NCBI GenBank assembly: GCA_026388535.1
Contig: JAPLJP010000026.1
Span: 1,391-65,390 of the forward strand
Length of the DNA: 64,000 nucleotides
Origin: Deltaproteobacteria bacterium
GTDB taxonomy: Bacteria; Desulfobacterota; Syntrophia; Syntrophales; Smithellaceae
Direction of reading: 5' to 3'
Positions within the stretch are counted from its first letter, which is position 1, and each line of letters begins with the position of its first letter. The translations under genes were made by a program, and so were the position numbers. The notes under the pieces are model-generated. The model was given only the letters and a program-made list of their open reading frames with translations. It did not search any database and was not told the DNA's origin. Below, piece by piece: positions 57,417 through 64,000 of this stretch.

Positions 57417-58883
57417 TTATTCTATATGCAATCCCACAAAGAAATTAGAACTGCCGCGTTTAACTAAAAGAATAACGCTTTTCTTATCGGCAGCTTTTTT
57501 CATTTCCGCGGTATATTGCTTCATGGATGTAACCTTTACTTTGTTTACTTGAACAATTATATCCTGCTGTTGAATGCCGACATCATCCGCCGGACTGCCC
57601 TCTTCTACGTCAGTAACTATTACGCCGGCATCATGGGAGATTCCCAACTGTTGAGCCATTTCTTTAGTTACTTCCTGAATAGTAATGCCGAAATATCCAT
57701 TTGATTTCTTTGTTAGCGCTATTTCGGGCTTATCTTTACGCTCCGCGACCAAGACTTGAAAGGATATTTCCTTACCGTCGCGCAATGCTTTTATTATCGC
57801 CTTTTCACCAACATGCAAAGAAGCGGTTGTAATAAGCAAATCATGAGTGTCTTTAATAGGCTTTCCGTTAATTTCAGTAATTATATCCCCCACTTTAATT
57901 CCAGCCTTATCTGCTGGATCATTTTTAACAACATCGGAGACTAAAACGCCGTTCTTGTTGTTATGATTCAGATTTTTTGCTATATCATCCGTAATATTCT
58001 GGATGGAAATACCCAGCCATCCCCGGGTTACTTTGCCTTTGCTTTTCAGGTCAGCCAAAATACTTTTTGCCATGTTCATCGGTATGGCAAAACCTATGCC
58101 CTGTCCCTGGGCGACTATTGCCGTATTAATGCCGATAACTTTTCCTGCCATGTTGAACAATGGTCCTCCGCTGTTGCCCGGATTAATGGATGCGTCAGTC
58201 TGAATGAAATTATCGTAAGCGCCTGCCCCGATCACACGTCCCTTGGCGCTGACAATGCCGGCGGTAACTGTTTGTTCCAGGCCGAAAGGATTGCCAATCG
58301 CGATAACCCACTCGCCTACTCTTACTGTGTCGGAGTCGCCAATTTCCACTGTTGGCAAGCCATTGTCAGGCTTGATTTTTATTAAAGCGATATCGGTTTT
58401 GGCGTCGGTGCCTATGATTTTTGCCTCATATTCTTTGCCATCGGAGATTTTCACCAGAATTTTATCTGTATTTTCTACCACATGATTATTGGTGAATATA
58501 TATCCGTCATTGCTGATGATAAAACCTGAGCCGAGGCTTCTTTGCTTAAAATCACGCTGAGGAGTATCGCCGAAAAAACGGTTAAAGAAATCATCTCCGA
58601 AATAATCGTTAAAAGGTGATCGGCCAAAATGATTTCCCAGACTTTTCCCCTTAAATGTTTTTGTTGTGCTGATATTTACTACCGCAGGCTTAACTCGTTC
58701 AGCCAGATCGGAAAAAGAACCAGGAGTATTTCCTTCTGAAGAAATTGCTGATGCAGCCCGAATTTCCGGCGCTCCCGAAGAGATAAGAGAAGATCTTAAA
58801 ACTTCCACCAAAGAGACAATAAAAAAAGCAACCAAAAACGCCATTAAAAACATAAAAAATGTTTTACGATTTTTATTTTCCAT
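57417..58883 (-). CDS. degP: DegP/DegQ serine protease with two PDZ domains
   Basis: GSGFII..TNNHVV, DIALIK, INPGNSGGPL; N-terminal signal/TM. Confidence 0.93.
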   Translation of the reverse strand: MENKNRKTFFMFLMAFLVAFFIVSLVEVLRSSLISSGAPEIRAASAISSEGNTPGSFSDLAERVKPAVVNISTTKTFKGKSLGNHFGRSPFNDYFGDDFFNRFFGDTPQRDFKQRSLGSGFIISNDGYIFTNNHVVENTDKILVKISDGKEYEAKIIGTDAKTDIALIKIKPDNGLPTVEIGDSDTVRVGEWVIAIGNPFGLEQTVTAGIVSAKGRVIGAGAYDNFIQTDASINPGNSGGPLFNMAGKVIGINTAIVAQGQGIGFAIPMNMAKSILADLKSKGKVTRGWLGISIQNITDDIAKNLNHNNKNGVLVSDVVKNDPADKAGIKVGDIITEINGKPIKDTHDLLITTASLHVGEKAIIKALRDGKEISFQVLVAERKDKPEIALTKKSNGYFGITIQEVTKEMAQQLGISHDAGVIVTDVEEGSPADDVGIQQQDIIVQVNKVKVTSMKQYTAEMKKAADKKSVILLVKRGSSNFFVGLHIE

Positions 58884-59118
58884 TTTAATCTAATTAACCT
58901 CCGCTATATTGATAAAAGATTATGGCTTTTCGCCACATTATAAGACTGAATTGTTTAACGTTTTTTATGTACTATAATAATCAAATTATTTTTGTCAATA
59001 AAATATTGTTTAATTTAGGTAGCTTAAAGTATTACTAATCATGAATTAAGATTCTATATCTAAATTGCGAATTGAAATTTATGTTATTAATAAATAGCAG
59101 GACACGGGACAATAAAAA

Positions 59119-59910
59119 TTATAAGCTATTCTGAATTCCAAGTTTATAAATATCCGCTCGGCAGTATTCTTTAAAGCCCGCCCGTATGTAAACCTTCGCC
59201 CCCAATGGCGTTGCCTGCAGAATTACATCTTTAAACCCAACGTCTTTCGCGGCTTGCATCGCGGCTTGCGTGATCATGAGGCCGAATCCTTTATTTCTGT
59301 ATGCGGGGAGAGTAGATACATAGTATATTCCCGCTGAATTGTTATGCGTGAAAAGTAGCGAGGTGGCTACCGGTTTTCCCTTAAAATAGGCGAGAAAAAG
59401 CTTTTGTGGTGATTGTGCGCCAAGATCAAATAAAGAAACAAAAGCGCCATACTGTTCTCGGGCACGCGGGGGCATTTCAAAACCATGAAAAGAAATATCT
59501 CCCCAGACAAGCAAATCGTTTTTATTTTTAACTGGAGAGATTGTTATATTGTCAGGAAGTTGCCCCTCTGATTCCGAATCGTTTAAATCCGCGGCCATAC
59601 AAGGCACTTTTTCAATCAAACGCAATCCAGCGTCTTGTAACTGGCCCCTGGTTTCAGGTGATTGTCCTCAGGGATATATCCACCACCAGAAACGCAGATT
59701 TATTTTTTGGTAAATTTCAATTATGTCCGCGATGGCCTTGGCGTTATCATTATTTAAAGGTTTTTCATTCCATGCCCAGTTGATATCGGAAATAGATATG
59801 CCGGTGTTCATTGCCCAAATTGATTCGATATTACTAATAGAGGAATTTAAGCTTCCCCAGTATCGGCTAACGGCAAAAAAATTATCTTCAATATGTTTGA
59901 TTAAATTCAT
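59119..59910 (-). pseudogene. GNAT-family acetyltransferase interrupted by one in-frame TGA at 59668-59670 (nonsense allele or recoding)
   Basis: WWWIYP*GQSPETRGQLQDAGLRLIEKVPCM is continuous in one frame; C-half has STLPAYRNKGFG, LQAT, GFKE. Confidence 0.7.
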
Positions 59911-60585
59911 TTAAGCAATGCGGGATTGTCTTGTCCAGCTTGAACTTTTCCAAAGCGGGTCGATATAATCGTGACTATCCGCTGCAGGATTCAAACCGCA
60001 CTTTAGCGCGAAGTGACGATGTAAGGCAAGGCATCCAGTTAATTCGGGATGAAATACGGTTACCAAAATATTTTCGCTTTCCGCCGCCGCTATATAATCG
60101 TCAATTTTTAAAAGGACATTAATTTCTTTGCCCACAGAAATAATTTTGGGTGCGCGAATAAAAGTCAGAGGTATTGGTTTAGCGGAGATAGCGGGAATCA
60201 GAGCTTCACTGACAAAACTATCGAGCTGACTGCCGAAGCCGTTACGTTCGATTACAATATCTATCAAATTCAGGCAGGAACTTTCGCCGACAACTTCCCT
60301 TGCCAGTAAAATTGCTCCCGCGCAAGTGCCCCAAATTTTCATGCCCCGGCGATGAGCCTGAAGCAGGACTTCCTTGATTTCAAAAATATTAAGCAGTCTG
60401 AAAAGGCAGGAACTTTCACCACCGGGAATTATTAAGCCGGCCAGATCGGCGAAATCAGAGGGCTGTTTTACTTTTTTATAAGCGACGCCCAGTCTTTCCA
60501 GATGTTCCAGATGCTCGTGCACTCCGCCTTGCAGATCCAGAACGCCGATTACAGACGGCTTGTTACTCACTAAATGCAGAGTCAT
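59911..60585 (-). CDS. pdxT: PLP synthase glutaminase subunit
   Basis: GVLDLQG, IPGGESS, GTCAG, RNGFGSQ, FHPEL; true start 60585. Confidence 0.93.
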   Translation of the reverse strand: MTLHLVSNKPSVIGVLDLQGGVHEHLEHLERLGVAYKKVKQPSDFADLAGLIIPGGESSCLFRLLNIFEIKEVLLQAHRRGMKIWGTCAGAILLAREVVGESSCLNLIDIVIERNGFGSQLDSFVSEALIPAISAKPIPLTFIRAPKIISVGKEINVLLKIDDYIAAAESENILVTVFHPELTGCLALHRHFALKCGLNPAADSHDYIDPLWKSSSWTRQSRIA

Positions 60586-60590
60586 AAAAA

Positions 60591-61472
60591 TTACCAGCCC
60601 CGTCCGGCCAAAATCTGTTCGGGTGGAATTTGCGAAATTTCCAGACCGGGCATTGCTTCCCCTATGCCTATTGAAGCTTCCAGTACCTTTTTCGGATCGT
60701 TGAAATAAGCTGTTGCTTTGACGATGGCCCTTGCGCGCAGAGCCGGATCGGCTGATTTGAAAATGCCGGAGCCGACAAAAACTCCGTCGCATCCTAACTG
60801 CATCATCAGCGCCGCATCCGCTGGTGTGGCAATACCGCCCGCTGCGAAATTAACCACCGGCAGACGTCCTAATTCCTTTACCTTTAAGGCCAGTTCATAG
60901 GGAAGGCCGTTTGTTTTGGCAAATCCGGTTACTTCCTCCACCGGCATTTGCGCCAGTTGGCGGATTTCACGGTTCATTGTTCTCATGTGGCGGACAGCTT
61001 CGACAACATTCCCCGTTCCCGCTTCACCTTTAGTGCGGATCATAGCCGCGCCTTCGGCAATCCGGCGCAGAGCCTCGCCAAGATTTCGCGCGCCGCAGAC
61101 AAAAGGAATCGAAAATTTTGTCTTATCAATATGGCATTCTTCATCAGCCGGAGTCAAAACTTCGCTTTCATCTATATAATCAATACGTAAAGCTTCCAGA
61201 ATTTGCGCTTCCACAAAATGACCGATACGAGCTTTGGCCATCACCGGAATTTTTACGGATTTTTTGATTGCGGCAATCATCGAAGGGTCGGACATTCTGG
61301 CCACGCCGCCATCTTTGCGGATATCGGCGGGTACGCGCTCTAAAGCCATAACAGCTACGGCCCCCGCTTCTTCCGCGATTTTTGCCTGTTCAACATTGGT
61401 TACATCCATAATGACGCCGCCTTTGAGCATTTGCGCCAGCTGGACATTCAGTTCATATCTTTTTGCATCCAC
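60591..61472 (-). CDS. pdxS: PLP synthase lyase subunit
   Basis: [42 protein letters not shown]. Confidence 0.97.
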   Translation of the reverse strand: MDAKRYELNVQLAQMLKGGVIMDVTNVEQAKIAEEAGAVAVMALERVPADIRKDGGVARMSDPSMIAAIKKSVKIPVMAKARIGHFVEAQILEALRIDYIDESEVLTPADEECHIDKTKFSIPFVCGARNLGEALRRIAEGAAMIRTKGEAGTGNVVEAVRHMRTMNREIRQLAQMPVEEVTGFAKTNGLPYELALKVKELGRLPVVNFAAGGIATPADAALMMQLGCDGVFVGSGIFKSADPALRARAIVKATAYFNDPKKVLEASIGIGEAMPGLEISQIPPEQILAGRGW

Positions 61473-61539
61473 TTTAATTTGCCTCCTGACTTAATTCACT
61501 TATTATAATACTTCACAAGATTATTGCCTAGTGAATAAA

Positions 61540-62319
61540 TTACCAGAGCATCCTTGTTTTTATTTTTTGTTCATACAGATATTTCTTAATTTCTTCAATA
61601 GTATAGGTACGGTAATGCACCATCGAAGCGATTAATGCCGCGTCGGCATTGCCTTTTGTCAATACTTCCGCCAGATGTTCAGGTTTTCCCGCGCCTCCGG
61701 ACGCAATCACCGGAATACGCACATTTTCGGAAATCATTGCTGTTAAATTCAATTCATAGCCGTTTTGTGTACCGTCAGCATCAATGGAATTCAAGCAAAT
61801 TTCACCGGCGCCCAAGTTCTCCGCTTCCTTTGCCCACCACAAAGCGTCAATGCCGGTAAATTTTCTGCCGCCGTGAATTACCATTTCGTAGCCCGAAGGA
61901 ATCGTGCCGGATACTTCTACTTTTTTTACATCCATGCCCAGCACAACACACTGAATGCCGAAAGCTTTCGCTCCTTGTGTGATGATTTTAGGTTCATCCA
62001 CCGCGGCGGAATTAACGCTGACTTTTTCCGCTCCGGCTAAGATAACGCGGCGCATATCTTCCAGATTGCGGATGCCGCCGCCTACGGAAAACGGGATAAA
62101 AATCGTCTCGGCCACGCGCCGCACCACATCAATCATAATGTCGCGCTTGTCGGACGATGCCGTTATATCGTAAAAAACAATTTCATCCGCGCCCTGTTCA
62201 TAATATTCCCGCGCGGCTTCCACCGGATCGCCGATATCCACATTGCCTTTGAATTTGATGCCCTTGGTTAGCTTACCGTCGCGCACGTCCAGGCAGGGAA
62301 TAATTCGTTTACTAAGCAT
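61540..62319 (-). CDS. hisF: Imidazole glycerol phosphate synthase cyclase subunit
   Basis: [36 protein letters not shown]; start 62319. Confidence 0.96.
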   Translation of the reverse strand: MLSKRIIPCLDVRDGKLTKGIKFKGNVDIGDPVEAAREYYEQGADEIVFYDITASSDKRDIMIDVVRRVAETIFIPFSVGGGIRNLEDMRRVILAGAEKVSVNSAAVDEPKIITQGAKAFGIQCVVLGMDVKKVEVSGTIPSGYEMVIHGGRKFTGIDALWWAKEAENLGAGEICLNSIDADGTQNGYELNLTAMISENVRIPVIASGGAGKPEHLAEVLTKGNADAALIASMVHYRTYTIEEIKKYLYEQKIKTRMLW

Positions 62320-62436
62320 GACGGCCTCGCAAAACGTCCATATGCTGTGTTGCGCTGCGTCCCTCGTTTTTGCGGCGTACACCAAAGTATGCCTCACGCC
62401 TCGTGCCTTGCCTCTGGCGCTTTTTGCAAGGTCGTC
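62320..62436. mobile_element. MITE-like element (family M) between hisH and hisF
   Basis: Imperfect terminal inverted repeats GACGGCCTCGCAAAA / TTTTGCAAGGTCGTC; homologous to 18100-18242. Confidence 0.65.
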
Positions 62437-62468
62437 CGTAATTACACTTACTTTGATTTTTCATAACT

Positions 62469-63101
62469 TCACTGAGCATTGCCCCTCCAAGCGCAGAAAT
62501 TCCTCAAAATCTGTAAGCCGGGACGCCCGCTTTTTTCCGGGTGAAACTGCATGGCCACAAGATTTTCTTTGGCCAGAACCGAACAGAAATCCATGCCGTA
62601 ATCGGTTATACCTAAAACTGCTGACTCATCAGAAGGCGCCGGATAATAGGAATGCACAAAATAAAATTCGGCATCCGGCGAAACATCCTGAAAGACCGGA
62701 TGAACGCGGCGGAATTTGACGCTGTTCCAACCCATGTGCGGAATCTTTAACGCCTGTCCACCGGAAGTTAATTTATCGGGAAAACGTTTTGTTGAACCAG
62801 CGACAAGGCCGATGCAATTAGTTTCGTTCTCTTCGGAATAATCTAAAATGATTTGCGTGCCCAGACAAATACCCATTAACGGCTTGCCGGTGGCGATCCA
62901 GTTTTTCAGCCAGATATCTAGTTTTTTTTCACGCAGATAAGCCATTGCTTCGCCCGCCGCGCCGACGCCCGGAAAAATTACATGCGATGCCGTATCGAGC
63001 TTTTTGATATCATCAGTAACGACAAATTTCTGCCCGATGCTTTGCAGTGCCCGCGCCACGCTCGTTATGTTTCCAGCGTTATAGTTAATTATTGCTATCA
63101 T
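62469..63101 (-). CDS. hisH: Imidazole glycerol phosphate synthase glutaminase subunit
   Basis: FPGVGA, GICLGTQ, PHMGWN, YFVHSY, QFHPEKS. Confidence 0.96.
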   Translation of the reverse strand: MIAIINYNAGNITSVARALQSIGQKFVVTDDIKKLDTASHVIFPGVGAAGEAMAYLREKKLDIWLKNWIATGKPLMGICLGTQIILDYSEENETNCIGLVAGSTKRFPDKLTSGGQALKIPHMGWNSVKFRRVHPVFQDVSPDAEFYFVHSYYPAPSDESAVLGITDYGMDFCSVLAKENLVAMQFHPEKSGRPGLQILRNFCAWRGNAQ

Positions 63102-63108
63102 AAAATAT

Positions 63109-63681
63109 TTAGCCCGTTATTTTTTTAATTCCTAAACGACTACAGATGTTATCAACCTGTTGAACTTGATCGGGCGTAAAGAAAATGCCATATCGCATCA
63201 GATCGAATGTTTTGGGCCATGCGCCCTTATTATTAAAAAAGATAATTGATTTTCCTTCCGTCTGACCTGAAACATTTTCCGAAGAAGTATTACATTTATA
63301 TTCATCAATATCTTTCCAAAACTCAGCCAGTAAAGGATCCATAAAAATGCCCTTTTCCGTGATTATAAGAGTTTTGCCGCTGTTCTGGTTCATTTTATAT
63401 AATGTAAAAATGAAAGCTGCTAAAAAAAGCACAACCATTGAAACAAGCACAAGCTGTTGGTCTGGCGATTTTTCCTTTAATACATTTATTATATCTTTAT
63501 AAAAAACTAACGGAAGCAAAACAATCAAAATCAGAAAAACTTTCGCCAGGCTTCCCCCTCCCGCGTAACGGGAATTAATTCTCAGTAATTCCGATGATAA
63601 GCGGATTTCTTCGATCTTTAATTTATTCCCCTCTTTTCCCGCAAACATTCTGGCAAAAGACCTTTGCGCCTCACTTAGCAA
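63109..63681 (-). CDS. Hypothetical membrane protein with two TM segments, AT-rich; start uncertain
   Basis: Two hydrophobic stretches; stop 7 nt upstream of the hisH start. Confidence 0.55.
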   Translation of the reverse strand: MLSEAQRSFARMFAGKEGNKLKIEEIRLSSELLRINSRYAGGGSLAKVFLILIVLLPLVFYKDIINVLKEKSPDQQLVLVSMVVLFLAAFIFTLYKMNQNSGKTLIITEKGIFMDPLLAEFWKDIDEYKCNTSSENVSGQTEGKSIIFFNNKGAWPKTFDLMRYGIFFTPDQVQQVDNICSRLGIKKITG

Positions 63682-64000
63682 TTTTTATGCTCAATTTACA
63701 GCTAATTTTTATCTTTTATATATCAATATTATAAAAAAGTCCAAAACACCAAATTTGTCATGTCGAATCGCAAAAGGCGGAGAGACATCTTGTTTTTTCG
63801 GAAGGTCAACGGCAGGCAAGATCCCTTGCGACGGAATTAATTGTTATGTCCCCAGAATTACCTCTCCGAATTTCCTCTATGAGACTGCTGTTTCCTTATT
63901 TATCATTTTTTTTGTAACTCCGGGAACGTTTTCGCTTTAACCTATGACTTTTGAAAGTTGTTCCCCGCTTACAATTCTGCCTATCTCGTCCATGTCCCAT

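Noticed and set aside
59911-60792. Long N-terminal extensions of pdxT, hisF, the GNAT at 28860, the QueG-like gene at 19544 and the thiolase at 40125
   Set aside because: Extensions overlap upstream genes or repeats; downstream starts fit family N-termini and RBS positions
63937-64000. Possible 3' end of a minus-strand gene (WDMDEIGRIVSGEQLSKVIG*)
   Set aside because: Too short at the window edge to support a call

Overview
Origin-proximal chromosomal segment: it starts in gyrB-gyrA and has a perfect parS site at 37594. Gene content suggests an anaerobic deltaproteobacterium, plausibly a Smithella/Syntrophus-like fatty-acid syntroph (inference only). Housekeeping genes include archease-rtcB, thyX, murI, lysA, pit, mutM, degP, pdxST and hisFH. 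No rRNA, tRNA or CRISPR array was recognised. The most notable items are: (1) a dispersed family of about 11-12 covarying double-hairpin elements at 6 loci, with GNA-type mini-loops on one strand, two of which begin at gene stop codons and three of which sit beside AT-rich or truncated cargo genes; these are candidate single-strand-DNA recombination/cassette sites that do not match integron attC; (2) a lysine-2,3-aminomutase + two Ddl-like ATP-grasp ligases + GNAT operon, predicted to make an unknown beta-lysine-containing peptide or modification; (3) a ~22 kb lipid-catabolic region with peroxisomal-type (MFE-2/SCPx/AMACR-like) enzymes, bracketed by two inverted near-identical promoter/double-operator modules, a tetR gene, an internally deleted tetR copy and an IS91 relic; (4) a GNAT gene interrupted by one in-frame TGA; (5) a stand-alone class I HMG-CoA reductase. 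All calls come from reading the sequence and recognising motifs; no searches were run.
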